This document shows, piece after piece, positions 20,545 to 30,914 of a stretch of DNA of 64,000 nt. Within the stretch, counting starts at the first letter, position 1. Each line of letters starts with the position of its first letter. The DNA lies in IMG/VR virus record IMGVR_UViG_3300032322_001765, positions 124,001 through 188,000 of that record. One strand, written 5' to 3'. A model generated the notes under the pieces. It had not been told where the DNA came from. It did no database searches and saw only the letters and a program-made list of their open reading frames with translations. The position numbers and the translations under genes are program-made.

Positions 20545-22577
20545 GTTTAACACCGTTAAAAGTTAATACATTAGGAGCATTAGTACAGAATCAAGGATTA
20601 TACATAAATCCAGAATCTGTAGGGTACATGGGTTCGAGTACTGCTCTTAATAATTACACTAAAGGTTCTTTAATAAGTTTAAACAGTTTAGGTATTTTAA
20701 GTGATGCTATACGACTAGCATTTACTAAAATTGGCAGTGGCGTTACTTCAAGCACTTATAACAATCTTATTTCTATTGGCTCCGCAAGTATACCTATATT
20801 AGGGTTATCTAAGCCATCAACTTATACAAATACATATACAGGCGAGATAACTAGTTATGGTTGGCTTAGACTGTTTCCTTATCAAGCTCACAAAGAATTC
20901 TATATTAACAACGGAAGTTACAGTGATTTCTTAGCAACATTTAACAGTTCGTATGGCACTTTTGTTTTACAAAATGAAACTATAAATGCTCTGAATAAAT
21001 CTACAACATATTTAGATGGCATCTACAGTAATATGAATGATTTAATTACTGGTGATATTACTGGAGTAAGTTTAAGTACATTTTATTGGGGACAAGATTT
21101 AATTAGTTTAGGTAAAGCTTTAGACTTATTATACATTGATAAATTTGGAAATCCACAAAATTTATTAATGACATTATATAAAAATCAGGCACTAACTACA
21201 GCGGTAAATACCTGTCTTTTAAGTGCCGGCTTAACGTCAACTGATATCGCAAGTTTAAGCAATGGTGTTCCTGCTACAACGGAACAACTAAAATTATTGT
21301 ATGCTGCATTTTCTTTAATTATTGGAAATGATTTAAGTGATGTTTGTGTGCCATTGAATTGTCAAACACAAGGATTAGAAACTTTAGCTGATTTATTGGA
21401 TCCTAAAAAGTTATTTCCAAACAGTTATGCAACACTCACATACCCCAAATATAACAGTATACCATTACCAACAAATAGTAAAACATACTTTTTAATTTAT
21501 TCAGGAAATGAAGTTAACGTAGACAATAGTACAAACATTGGGCAACGACTTTTAAACATTATACCACCTGAAATTGCTTATGCCGCAGATGCATTTGCAA
21601 TAAGTATGATGCAAATTAAAAACATAAAAACAACTAGTATTGAAAAATTTAGTCAAGTAGTTACTAATTTAGAAAATGTAAGCGATTTACAAAATGTAAA
21701 TGGAACTAACATTCCTACTAATACCGGTTTCGCTAATGCAGCTATCACACAAATAGCAAAAGGTTCGGGAAAAAATAACCTTTACACAATGTGTGATTTT
21801 TTTGGTTCTATGACTAGTTTACATTACAATTGGAAATTATTAAATGATAGTTTATCGGGTTTAATTTCCGTTTCACTTGCATCAATATACACAAACATGT
21901 ATAGTTTACTTGCTGGACCCGGTCCATATACTAATTTGCAAAATTTTATTACACAAGCCAATAATGAAATTATAAATATTTTGGATGCGAATCTAAGTAA
22001 AGGTAGTGCAATAAATGCGATTTATAATGATTTTGGAACTAAGTTAACCAAAGAAGAAAATGCAAGAAGTTTGGCTTTAGGAAATTTAACGGAATTACAA
22101 AGTAGTGTTAATGACACTGTTTTGTTTATTGATAATCTGCAACAGTATGCAAATAATACTGAAATTGAAGGTGCTGCGCAGGTACTAGAAAATATAGCAG
22201 ATATAACAACAGAAGGAGGAAATAATTTAATTGCGGCCATGCGTGAGGCGAGAAACGCACAAAGGTTAGGTTTAGCTGGGTTAACTCAAGATAATCAAAT
22301 TCTTGTAGGAACAACTTTAGCTTTGCCTAGGGTATCAGGATCAACATTGAATGAATCCCCTATAGAAGGATACCCCAATAGCGACACTCTAAATGATATT
22401 CCTATCATTACGGGTGCTGCAACAGTTTTAGGAAGCCTAGCAGGCTCATCTGAAACTACGTTAGTACCAGACAATCTCAGTATATTAGTCCAACCATCGG
22501 ACAAGTCTGTACTAGCACCAGACATAGCAGTAGAAGAGGTAACTCTTTGTAACTGTGATTGCTGGGATCTTTTATGA
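20541..22577 (+). CDS. Large hypothetical, probably virion/baseplate-associated protein
   Basis: ATGA overlap with the PAAR gene; S/T/N-rich; ends CNCDCWDLL. Confidence 0.55.
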   Translation: MSLTPLKVNTLGALVQNQGLYINPESVGYMGSSTALNNYTKGSLISLNSLGILSDAIRLAFTKIGSGVTSSTYNNLISIGSASIPILGLSKPSTYTNTYTGEITSYGWLRLFPYQAHKEFYINNGSYSDFLATFNSSYGTFVLQNETINALNKSTTYLDGIYSNMNDLITGDITGVSLSTFYWGQDLISLGKALDLLYIDKFGNPQNLLMTLYKNQALTTAVNTCLLSAGLTSTDIASLSNGVPATTEQLKLLYAAFSLIIGNDLSDVCVPLNCQTQGLETLADLLDPKKLFPNSYATLTYPKYNSIPLPTNSKTYFLIYSGNEVNVDNSTNIGQRLLNIIPPEIAYAADAFAISMMQIKNIKTTSIEKFSQVVTNLENVSDLQNVNGTNIPTNTGFANAAITQIAKGSGKNNLYTMCDFFGSMTSLHYNWKLLNDSLSGLISVSLASIYTNMYSLLAGPGPYTNLQNFITQANNEIINILDANLSKGSAINAIYNDFGTKLTKEENARSLALGNLTELQSSVNDTVLFIDNLQQYANNTEIEGAAQVLENIADITTEGGNNLIAAMREARNAQRLGLAGLTQDNQILVGTTLALPRVSGSTLNESPIEGYPNSDTLNDIPIITGAATVLGSLAGSSETTLVPDNLSILVQPSDKSVLAPDIAVEEVTLCNCDCWDLL

Positions 22578-22655
22578 TAAGTTATTAATTTAACCGCTGT
22601 CATTGTGTAAACTAACAACTGTGGGTGTCCAACATCCATGGAAGAAAGGAGATAA

Positions 22656-23192
22656 ATGATGCACAATTTTTATAATAAGGTTAGGGCCCTTTTAATGCCC
22701 ACAATCGTAGTTTTGGGATTTACTACATGTATCCCATTAGCAGCAAGTATGGATAATGTTCGTCGGCACCATAAGAAAATGGTAAACGTAGAACAAGTGA
22801 AGTGTTTAGCAACTAATATTTTTTATGAGGCTCGAATGGAGCCATTAGCGGGTCAAGCCGCAGTTGCTAGAGTAGTAGTAAATCGAGTTAAACATGGATT
22901 TGCTTCTACCCCTTGCAAGGTAATTTATCAGTCAAATTACTTTAACAGGGGAAATGATATGAAAGTAAAAGTTTGTCAATTTTCATGGGTTTGTGAAAAG
23001 CTAGGAAAACCAAAAGAAAATGATCCTCGCTTTAAACAAGCTATGCAAATTGCATATGACGTATTGGCACATGACAAGTATAAAGAGGTTGTGCCAAAGT
23101 CAACACTTTTCTTCCATGCTACGCACGTGTCACCAGAATGGAAGTATAAAAAGGTTAAAAAAATAGGTAACCATATTTTTTACAGTAAGTAG
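22656..23192 (+). CDS. Cell wall hydrolase, SleB/CwlJ (Hydrolase_2) family
   Basis: CLATNIFYEAR, GQAAVARVVVNRV, CQFSW, FFHATHVSPEW, IGNHIFY; AGGAG RBS. Confidence 0.92.
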   Translation: MMHNFYNKVRALLMPTIVVLGFTTCIPLAASMDNVRRHHKKMVNVEQVKCLATNIFYEARMEPLAGQAAVARVVVNRVKHGFASTPCKVIYQSNYFNRGNDMKVKVCQFSWVCEKLGKPKENDPRFKQAMQIAYDVLAHDKYKEVVPKSTLFFHATHVSPEWKYKKVKKIGNHIFYSK

Positions 23193-23245
23193 TCGTTTAT
23201 ATGAATTCTGTAAAAATATAAATAAAGCATAATAGGAGAACTATC

Positions 23246-23362
23246 ATGCTTGAAACACTATTTTGGTTAGCTGTGGGAATGTTTATAGGATGGAACTTCC
23301 CACAGCCTGAATTCGCAAAAAATATACAATCTCGATTGTTAAACAGTTTTAGGAAAGACTAA
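23246..23362 (+). CDS. Small membrane protein, 38 aa (MLETLFWLAVGMFIGWNFPQPEFAKNIQSRLLNSFRKD)
   Basis: Not in ORF track; TATAAATA at 23216-23223 and AGGAG RBS upstream; hydrophobic N-terminus. Confidence 0.65.
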   Translation: MLETLFWLAVGMFIGWNFPQPEFAKNIQSRLLNSFRKD

Positions 23363-23363
23363 C

Positions 23364-23744
23364 ATGGCTTATTCGGAAAAGGTTCTAGATCATTATGAAA
23401 ATCCCAGAAACGTGGGTAGTTTTGATGCTAGCGATCTGTCCATTGGCACTGGTCTTGTTGGTGCACCTGCTTGCGGTGATGTTTTAAAACTTCAAATAAA
23501 AGTAGAAAATGATATTATCACAGACGCAAAATTCAAAACGTATGGCTGCGGGTCGGCGATTGCTAGTTCGTCGCTTGTTACGGAATGGCTTAAAGGAAAA
23601 ACGCTTCAGGAAGCTGATGAAATTAAGAACACGCAAATTGCGGAAGAGTTGGCTCTCCCGCCAGTCAAAATTCACTGTTCAATATTGGCGGAAGATGCTA
23701 TAAAATCTGCTATTAACGATTATAGGAAAAAGTGTTCGCTCTAA
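23364..23744 (+). CDS. iscU: Fe-S cluster scaffold IscU
   Basis: YSEKVLDHYENPRNVG, GAPACGDV, GCGSAIASSS, LPPVKIHCS. Confidence 0.97.
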   Translation: MAYSEKVLDHYENPRNVGSFDASDLSIGTGLVGAPACGDVLKLQIKVENDIITDAKFKTYGCGSAIASSSLVTEWLKGKTLQEADEIKNTQIAEELALPPVKIHCSILAEDAIKSAINDYRKKCSL

Positions 23745-23932
23745 TAGTCATTGCGATTTTAAATGGATCGCCAATTAATAAAAATGATGGTAGTTTAGTC
23801 ATGTATTTTAATACTAGGCAAGAGTGTTTAGATGCCAAAGATAAAATTATAAATTCATGGCAAATTACTAGATATCGTGTTTCTGCTTCCTGCATTTATA
23901 TTAAACCTTATAAAAATGATTACACTAACTGA
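23732..23932 (+). CDS. Small hypothetical protein with hydrophobic N-terminus
   Basis: GTG start; fills the gap between iscU and iscA; FNTRQEC...ASC. Confidence 0.45.
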   Translation: MFALIVIAILNGSPINKNDGSLVMYFNTRQECLDAKDKIINSWQITRYRVSASCIYIKPYKNDYTN

Positions 23933-24242
23933 AACTGCTGCAAATAGAATTAAACAGCAAATATCTAAACGGGGTAAGGGTGAGGGCATCTTATTGGGCG
24001 TTAGAACAACCGGATGCTCAGGTCTAGCTTATAAGTTAGAATATGTAGACCAACCACCTGTAACAAGAGACTACATGCAATACACAAGTAACGGAGTTAA
24101 TATTTGGATAAATGGTAGAGATTTACCATATATTGACGGATTAACAATGGAATATAAAAGAGAAGGCTTAAATGAGGGTTTTGATTTTATTAATCCAAAA
24201 GAAAAAGATCGTTGTGGTTGCGGAGAAAGTTTTAGAGTATAA
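23916..24242 (+). CDS. iscA: A-type Fe-S carrier IscA
   Basis: MITLTETAA start, TTGCSGLAY, EGLNEGFDFINP, CGCGESF. Confidence 0.95.
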   Translation: MITLTETAANRIKQQISKRGKGEGILLGVRTTGCSGLAYKLEYVDQPPVTRDYMQYTSNGVNIWINGRDLPYIDGLTMEYKREGLNEGFDFINPKEKDRCGCGESFRV

Positions 24243-24262
24243 AATTTAGTGATACATACTGT

Positions 24263-25135
24263 ATGACTAAACAAAAATCTAAATCTAAACAAAAGCAATT
24301 TGATGTAAATGAACATCTAGATACTCTTAAACCAATATTAGGAACCACAGATACTAAAGTTGGTGAAATGTTGGTTTACAAGAATGATAACATAATCAGT
24401 CTGTCATTAGCATTATATGGCGAGTATTGTCATGCAGAAGTTGACATTATGTCACGCTATTTGGATAATACTAGTATATATGTTGATGTTGGCACAAACA
24501 TCGGTTATCATGCCCTCGCAGTGTTTACACAAACAGGATGTCATGTAAGAGGATTCGAACCTCACCCTACTCATTTTTCTGTTGCTGCATATAATTGCAG
24601 AGATAAACCAATAAGAATTTATAATACGGCAGTGGGAAATAATAATGGTACTATCACTTTACAAGATTTTGATCCTGAGAGTTTTGGTAATTATGGCGAG
24701 ATAAAATTTGATAATAGTGGTACAATAAATGCAAGCATTATTAGACTTGATGATTTAGAAGAATTAACACATTGTGACTTAATAAAAATAGATGTAGAAG
24801 GTTTAGAGCTAGATGTATTGCATGGAGCTACACGACTTTTAAACTCAAGTAGACCTGTTATATTTTATGAAGCAATAGATAGAGAAAATTACGAACCTTG
24901 CCTAAGCTATTTACGTGATATGCAATATAAACAATATTGGGTTACATGTAGAAACAAACCATTGGCACCTACTTACAAACAAACAGATGAAAATCCTTTT
25001 GAGGCATATGGTGTAAGCAATATTTTAGCAGTACCAGCTGAAAAAGAACAACCAATCGATTTGGCTCCAGTTGTTGAAGGGGAAAGTTTTTTAGAAATGA
25101 TTACAAGGTACCAAAATTACAAACTATTGTTTTGA
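24263..25135 (+). CDS. FkbM-family methyltransferase
   Basis: SLALYGEY, DVGTNIGYH, FEP, LIKIDVEGLE, RPVIFYE. Confidence 0.9.
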   Translation: MTKQKSKSKQKQFDVNEHLDTLKPILGTTDTKVGEMLVYKNDNIISLSLALYGEYCHAEVDIMSRYLDNTSIYVDVGTNIGYHALAVFTQTGCHVRGFEPHPTHFSVAAYNCRDKPIRIYNTAVGNNNGTITLQDFDPESFGNYGEIKFDNSGTINASIIRLDDLEELTHCDLIKIDVEGLELDVLHGATRLLNSSRPVIFYEAIDRENYEPCLSYLRDMQYKQYWVTCRNKPLAPTYKQTDENPFEAYGVSNILAVPAEKEQPIDLAPVVEGESFLEMITRYQNYKLLF

Positions 25136-25740
25136 TCAGTTATATAGCTAAATTCAATCACAAAAACTATTCTAGGCTCATCACTTTTATGCTCTGATAC
25201 TGTATGCCACGCTTTAGTTTCGTGAAATAATAAATCACCCTCTTTAATATTTTGCCATATTAAATTTTCTGATTTTATTTCATGATTTCTAGCATGAGCC
25301 CACCCATCTTTTACGAATCCAAAGTCTGCACTATTATGCGGGGCTAACGGATAAAAAACTGCCATGGCATGGCTATCAGGATCGTGATCATGCACGTTTC
25401 CTGAACAGCCCTTCCAAATTTTATTTGTCCAAGCTCTAAAATATTTTATACCGGTTGCATTAGGATGTCCAAAATAATCACTAACACTTAATGCCTGTTT
25501 TTCAAACCACTTCTTAAATGGTTCTATTCCTTCAACATTTTTAAATAAGAAATAATTCTCTAATCTAAATGTACTAATACCTACACCGTTTTGATCTTCT
25601 AAACAAGGACATAATTTAGGATCAGAAAATAGCTTATCTAAACCTTCAGTAATAGTTGGTCCTTTATAAATTGCTTCATCATCGCAATGTGTTCTTGCTA
25701 CTTTATAATCAAATACGTTATATCTTTGCATTATTTCCAC
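25117..25740 (-). CDS. 2OG-Fe(II) oxygenase-like protein
   Basis: AWTN..., HDH, AVFYP, EGDLLFH...WHTV...RIV. Confidence 0.7.
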   Translation of the reverse strand: MEIMQRYNVFDYKVARTHCDDEAIYKGPTITEGLDKLFSDPKLCPCLEDQNGVGISTFRLENYFLFKNVEGIEPFKKWFEKQALSVSDYFGHPNATGIKYFRAWTNKIWKGCSGNVHDHDPDSHAMAVFYPLAPHNSADFGFVKDGWAHARNHEIKSENLIWQNIKEGDLLFHETKAWHTVSEHKSDEPRIVFVIEFSYITDQNNSL

Positions 25741-26297
25741 CTTGGATATTTATTTAAAACTTCGTAAAACTTATCGGGAAACAATTCCCAAACTGTCTGT
25801 TCGTGGCCTCTGTAAAAAACTGTTTTAACCCTTCTCATCATACCTTCTTTTTCCATCAATGGCGCAAATATATTGTGAACCTTACGTTGCGTTCCAATTT
25901 CTGATTCATTGCTTGTAATGTATAATTTAGAATTTTTTGGGGCCCATTCAATGCATTTGGGAATTAAAAATTGTGCTGTTGGATTTTGATTATCTGTAAT
26001 TACTTTTTTTGTGCGTAAAGCAGATCCGTAAGAACCATCTATTTTGTCTGTGAATACGCATGTCCTAGCAGCTATCCTATAGGAATTAGGGCCCATTACA
26101 TCATCAAAACTATGAGCAGCTACACTACCTATTGCATCATTTTTATAATACAATATCCAAATTTGTTTTTCTCTTTCATTGCTAAAGCAATCAACTAATT
26201 TTTCTTTGCTTATATTGTTGATAAATCCCCTACGTGAAGCTTCAGCGTAGAATTCAGATAAGTCTAAATTTTTATCCCATGCAATTAAATTAAACAT
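25731..26297 (-). CDS. Hypothetical protein (possible GNAT-like fold)
   Basis: WILYYKNDAIGSVAAH...RIAART; TAAATA box upstream. Confidence 0.45.
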   Translation of the reverse strand: MFNLIAWDKNLDLSEFYAEASRRGFINNISKEKLVDCFSNEREKQIWILYYKNDAIGSVAAHSFDDVMGPNSYRIAARTCVFTDKIDGSYGSALRTKKVITDNQNPTAQFLIPKCIEWAPKNSKLYITSNESEIGTQRKVHNIFAPLMEKEGMMRRVKTVFYRGHEQTVWELFPDKFYEVLNKYPRWK

Positions 26298-26337
26298 TTA
26301 AATATTTAACATAAAAAAGTAGCATATAAATATAGTT

Positions 26338-27240
26338 ATGCAAACGATCAATTCTGAACTCATTAATTCTAATCCTAATTATCAAAAATATTTTCCATTT
26401 CTGACTTCTGAAACTTATGTTCCCAAAATTGAACCAAAATTTCATTTAAATTGGGGAAAGGATTTTAACGTATTTTGTATTGGTAGTTGCTTTGCTAGAG
26501 AGATTGAACTAGAACTACAACATAAAAATTGTAATGTACAAACGTTAGTACCACTGGCCTCTTTTGAAAATAATGGATTAATGTCGTTGATGAATGAATA
26601 CAATGCAGGTTCTATAGCCCAACGAATTAAATGGGCGTTTGAATCGAATGATATTGGCGACAAAAGCATTTATTTAAAAAATGAAAAATATGTAGACCTA
26701 CTTTTAAATAGTGAAAAGTCACATGATATAGAATGGATTATTGAAAGAAGAAAAAGAATTAATGAAGTATATAAAACCCTTCCTGACGCAAATCTCGTAA
26801 TTATTACTTTAGGATTAACTGAAGTATGGTATGATAAAGAAACTAATTTTTATTTAAATAGAATACCACCTTTTAATGTTGATCCATCGAGGTACGAATT
26901 AAGAATTTTAGATGTAAAAAATTGTTTTGAGTTATTAAACACAGCACTTAAGAAAATTACAGATATTAATATTCCAATAGTCTTGACCATAAGCCCGGTA
27001 CCCTTAAAGGTTACATTTAGTGGTAAAGATCCTATAATAGCGAATGAAGAAAGTAAAAGCACCTTACGTTTAGTTGCATCAATGTTATCTGATTCTAATC
27101 CTTTAATTGATTATTTTCCTTCATTTGAGACAGTCAAAATAGGAGGATTAGAAAACTACTATGATGGCGGAATTCACGTTAAATTTGAATTGGTTGAAGA
27201 AATAGTAAATCATATGATTAACCTATATCAAGCCTCTTAA
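26338..27240 (+). CDS. GSCFA-family (SGNH-like) protein
   Basis: IGSCFAREI, ITLGLTEVW, LTISPVPL, SKSTLR, YFPSFE. Confidence 0.9.
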   Translation: MQTINSELINSNPNYQKYFPFLTSETYVPKIEPKFHLNWGKDFNVFCIGSCFAREIELELQHKNCNVQTLVPLASFENNGLMSLMNEYNAGSIAQRIKWAFESNDIGDKSIYLKNEKYVDLLLNSEKSHDIEWIIERRKRINEVYKTLPDANLVIITLGLTEVWYDKETNFYLNRIPPFNVDPSRYELRILDVKNCFELLNTALKKITDINIPIVLTISPVPLKVTFSGKDPIIANEESKSTLRLVASMLSDSNPLIDYFPSFETVKIGGLENYYDGGIHVKFELVEEIVNHMINLYQAS

Positions 27241-27901
27241 TAAAATCTTCAGGATAGTTGTTTCTAAAACTTTGCCAACAAAGTTTTTCTAGTAAAGAAA
27301 ATGGTTGAGGTTGATCCCAAACTATACCTAATTTTTCTGTGTTCTCTTTTAGTATATTTCGTCTTGTAGAATAAATGTGGCTTTCAACATCTTTAATACT
27401 AAACCATGGCTCAGATTCATGATAAGTAAAAAAATAGTTAATACTTTTTAGTTTACCATCCACTACAAAATAACTGCTGGGGTGCATACTATATTTGTAT
27501 AATCCTAAAGATTTATGAGCCCTAATAATGTTTAACATTTGATCTTGCCAATCAGGTAATACACTATCATAATTTTCTGTAACACAACCAGCTCGCTCCC
27601 AAAAATCAGGACCGTCTATTTCTAAATAAATCTTTTTATTGATTAAATCAATCTGTTTTATTTTAGGAACCAAATTAGGATATTCATTAGACATTAAATA
27701 GATGTATTGTAATTCTCTAGCCCATTTTTCTTCCATTTTTTCAGGGTCTACTACCTCATTTTGTCCCTTATGATATTCTGTGTCATTATAATACCACTGT
27801 ACAAACGTTTTTTTGTCCTCTGAAATAAGGCTTGTGTAAATTAAATTGTTTCTACATTGTCCAACATTAGGAACATTATTATAATAATAATTATAGTTCA
27901 T
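27218..27901 (-). CDS. Protein-kinase-like fold protein with degenerate catalytic loop
   Basis: WARE..., VPKIKQID..KKIYLE, YKYSMHPSSYFVVDGKLKSINYF align by eye with kinase subdomains III-VII. Confidence 0.5.
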   Translation of the reverse strand: MNYNYYYNNVPNVGQCRNNLIYTSLISEDKKTFVQWYYNDTEYHKGQNEVVDPEKMEEKWARELQYIYLMSNEYPNLVPKIKQIDLINKKIYLEIDGPDFWERAGCVTENYDSVLPDWQDQMLNIIRAHKSLGLYKYSMHPSSYFVVDGKLKSINYFFTYHESEPWFSIKDVESHIYSTRRNILKENTEKLGIVWDQPQPFSLLEKLCWQSFRNNYPEDFIKRLDIG

Positions 27902-28397
27902 CTAAAAATTCTGTAACTTGTAGTACATATCTTGTTGTGTAGCCAATGTTTGCAGACCCATGATAAGCATCTTGTTTTGCATAAGCAAAAACATCTCCTG
28001 CTTTATAGTTCGTAATTAACTCATCGTTAATTATAAAAACATGCCCTGATTCGTAATCAGTCCATGGCATCCAGTATCTCACTACATTTTTTTCTACGTC
28101 AGGATCTTGATGCATATTCATATATTGTGCAGGCATCATTTTAACCATCCACCAATAATAATTATTGGTAGTTATCCAAGGAGGAACAATATCAAATGGA
28201 ACATTAGTGTGTTTAAAATACCAAAAATGCACCGCCGTCATATCATAACCAGATTCTGCTGCACGTTTATAAACGTTAGTATGATATTGATCTATTGGAA
28301 TCGAAGGTGGACGCGGTTGTCCTTGAGTGTTTTTAAAGAACTCTATCCACTCAGGTTTCACCCAATCAATGTAGTTGCCGATATATCGTAATCCCAT
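27891..28397 (-). CDS. 2OG-Fe(II)/Asp-Asn beta-hydroxylase-like oxygenase
   Basis: MHQD, RYWMP, GHVF, YHGSANIG...R. Confidence 0.7.
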   Translation of the reverse strand: MGLRYIGNYIDWVKPEWIEFFKNTQGQPRPPSIPIDQYHTNVYKRAAESGYDMTAVHFWYFKHTNVPFDIVPPWITTNNYYWWMVKMMPAQYMNMHQDPDVEKNVVRYWMPWTDYESGHVFIINDELITNYKAGDVFAYAKQDAYHGSANIGYTTRYVLQVTEFLDEL

Positions 28398-28437
28398 TCA
28401 AATATTTATAGAATGATAATAGTCGATAAATATTTTA

Positions 28438-29238
28438 ATGATAAGAGGAATTAATAATAAACCATATTTTGATATGGAAGCATATATCGATATGGATACA
28501 TTTGATACACTACAGCCAGAAATTTATCGTGGTTTTGCAGAAGCAAGAGAATTCGCCAAAGAAGGCACATGGATGACGCCAGGCTTTACATTTGAAAATA
28601 TGAGTTATCAATTATCATGGAAGCCTATATATCAATCAATACAAGATTTTTTAGCATTACCCGATGATGATCCAATTAAACAAGGTGGTATTGATCTATA
28701 TCGTGACTTTGATAACTTTGAAATAAGAAATAAATTTACTAGGTATGTGAAGATGGCTATGGGAGGATACGATCCATACATCTATTATTTTTTATGGGAA
28801 CAAGGCTCATGGGATGATAGAACTGCTCCTAGAAAACTAACACCAGAGGCAAAGTATTTTCCTAACGTAGTAAATTGGGTAGAAAAAATGACAGGATCAA
28901 TATTTACTGATATAGGTCGTGTTATATTTTTTCACTGTGAAGCAGATGGAATCCCTTTTGAACACAGAGACCTAGATGCAAAAAATGGCATCAATGTTGT
29001 TAAACCTCATCGTAATGAATTTATTCACATTCGTCCTAACACAAAAAAAGCTTTTTATATTTGGGACCCTGAAAAGAAAAATAAAATTTACATTAATACT
29101 AGAGCTGCTTGGTGGAATGATACAGATTGGCACGGCGGAGAACGTATTATGGAACAAAGTTATGCTCTAAGAATTGATGGCACATTTACAGATGAATTTC
29201 GTAAAAAATTAGGTATAAGTAATTTAGAATATTATTAA
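28438..29238 (+). CDS. 2OG-Fe(II)-like oxygenase
   Basis: GRVIFF, EHRD, WNDTDWHGG, LRIDG. Confidence 0.55.
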   Translation: MIRGINNKPYFDMEAYIDMDTFDTLQPEIYRGFAEAREFAKEGTWMTPGFTFENMSYQLSWKPIYQSIQDFLALPDDDPIKQGGIDLYRDFDNFEIRNKFTRYVKMAMGGYDPYIYYFLWEQGSWDDRTAPRKLTPEAKYFPNVVNWVEKMTGSIFTDIGRVIFFHCEADGIPFEHRDLDAKNGINVVKPHRNEFIHIRPNTKKAFYIWDPEKKNKIYINTRAAWWNDTDWHGGERIMEQSYALRIDGTFTDEFRKKLGISNLEYY

Positions 29239-30359
29239 AATTTGTCAATAAGATCCGGAACCATATCAAACAAATCTAATTTTCTTTCTTCGGCTAGTCT
29301 TAAAGAATTTATTTGAAAAGCCTTCCATTTTTCATCTGACGATTCTTTTTTATAAAGATATTTTATACTATCATCAAACGGATTACTATTTTTAGCCCAA
29401 ATACCAGTAACAGAATCTCTCCAAATTTTTAATTTTTTCTCAAGACCCTTTTTATACTCATTTGGAATAATTGATATTTCTTGCCAATTTGGATTATTTA
29501 AAAAATCAAAATCAAATACTATATTTGGAAATTTATGCTTCATTTCAACAACAAAGTCTCCTAAGGTCCATATATTATAGCAATTTATAACAGTATGGCA
29601 CATCAAAATTATATTGGGAAAGTTCTCCCATCTTTCGTAGTATTTTCGAATATTGTTTTCTACTGTTTTATTATCTGTAGGCCATCTATACCACTCATTT
29701 ACTGATCCTAAACCATCAACGCTTAAAAAATAATGAACAGCTTTGCATTTTTCTAATAATGTTAATAATTTGTCATTTGGAAAAATAGTACAATTTGTTG
29801 TTAATGTAAAGGTTAAATTTTCTAATTTTGTTTTTTCTAATAAAGATATACACTTATCTTGTTCTAATAATGGTTCTCCTCCTACAATTTTTAACACACT
29901 CAATTTTTGTAAATCTAATTGTGCGTAATTAAAATTTGTTGATACTTTTTGAGGTTGTATCAATATTCTTTTGTGTTTAAAATCTTCAGCACCCCATTTA
30001 GATGAAAGTTGTGAATCACAATGCACACATGCAAGATTGCATGTATTACTGAATCCGATATCTAAAAATTCTAATTGGACATCTTTTGGTTCTTTAAACC
30101 ATTCAAGAAACATTTTTCTATTACTAGTAGATCCTAATTTTTCTGAGTTATAGCATTTTTGACAGCCCTCAATCGGCCGTCCCTCTAACATATTTTTTCT
30201 AATATTTTCCCAACTCTCACTATTTAAAAAATCTATTTTGACGGTTGATTCTTTTAAAAATTTTTCATTTGGAGAAAAACTACAACATGGTCGTACAGAA
30301 TCATCTGGAAAAACTGCTGCTGCCAACCACGGCGCTGTACAAATAGTAGAGTTAGTCAT
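29235..30359 (-). CDS. Radical SAM protein with N-terminal Cys-rich (twitch-like) domain
   Basis: CTAPW...PCC, CQKC, CNLACVHC, GGEP. Confidence 0.92.
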   Translation of the reverse strand: MTNSTICTAPWLAAAVFPDDSVRPCCSFSPNEKFLKESTVKIDFLNSESWENIRKNMLEGRPIEGCQKCYNSEKLGSTSNRKMFLEWFKEPKDVQLEFLDIGFSNTCNLACVHCDSQLSSKWGAEDFKHKRILIQPQKVSTNFNYAQLDLQKLSVLKIVGGEPLLEQDKCISLLEKTKLENLTFTLTTNCTIFPNDKLLTLLEKCKAVHYFLSVDGLGSVNEWYRWPTDNKTVENNIRKYYERWENFPNIILMCHTVINCYNIWTLGDFVVEMKHKFPNIVFDFDFLNNPNWQEISIIPNEYKKGLEKKLKIWRDSVTGIWAKNSNPFDDSIKYLYKKESSDEKWKAFQINSLRLAEERKLDLFDMVPDLIDKF

Positions 30360-30913
30360 GTAGTTTGATAAGATTTTTCAGCAAAGTTTTTTAACTCTAG
30401 GGTTTCTTTTAAAGTAAATTCAATCGAAAATATTTTTGGTATTTTTAACCACAAATCAATAACATCATTTATTTCACTAAAAGTGGTAATATATTTTGAA
30501 TCTACTTTAATTGGCAAGGTTGCATTTTCGCAAAAGGATAATTTTAGGTATAATATATTGCATACGTTTTTATCTGAATTCTTAGATAATTTTTTACACT
30601 GGTTTTCTAATTGTAACTTATTTTCATATTCAATATCTAATCGGGAATAATCAGCACTTACTGATCCTAATACTATCATATTACCTACCTGTGTATAAAG
30701 ACTATTTAACAAATTAAGCTGTCCATTTTTACTACAAGCACAGTTTACAAATATGTCACACTGATTAGCTTGGTCTATTATTTTATCGAAATCATTATTG
30801 ATATCATATCCATTTGATCTTGACATTCCTTTGACTTCAAATCCCTTAGAGATAAAATGATTGTATATTGATTTTCCTATTCCATTTGTATGCCCTGTAA
30901 CAATGCATTTCAT
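30356..30913 (-). CDS. Short-chain dehydrogenase/reductase
   Basis: VTGHTNGIGK, SRSNGYDI, FVNCA, YxxxK (YENKL/KLQLE region). Confidence 0.75.
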   Translation of the reverse strand: MKCIVTGHTNGIGKSIYNHFISKGFEVKGMSRSNGYDINNDFDKIIDQANQCDIFVNCACSKNGQLNLLNSLYTQVGNMIVLGSVSADYSRLDIEYENKLQLENQCKKLSKNSDKNVCNILYLKLSFCENATLPIKVDSKYITTFSEINDVIDLWLKIPKIFSIEFTLKETLELKNFAEKSYQTT

Positions 30914-30914
30914 A

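Noticed and set aside
19655-20553. Minus-strand 101-aa and 190-aa ORFs
   Set aside because: Antisense to clear glutaredoxin and PAAR genes
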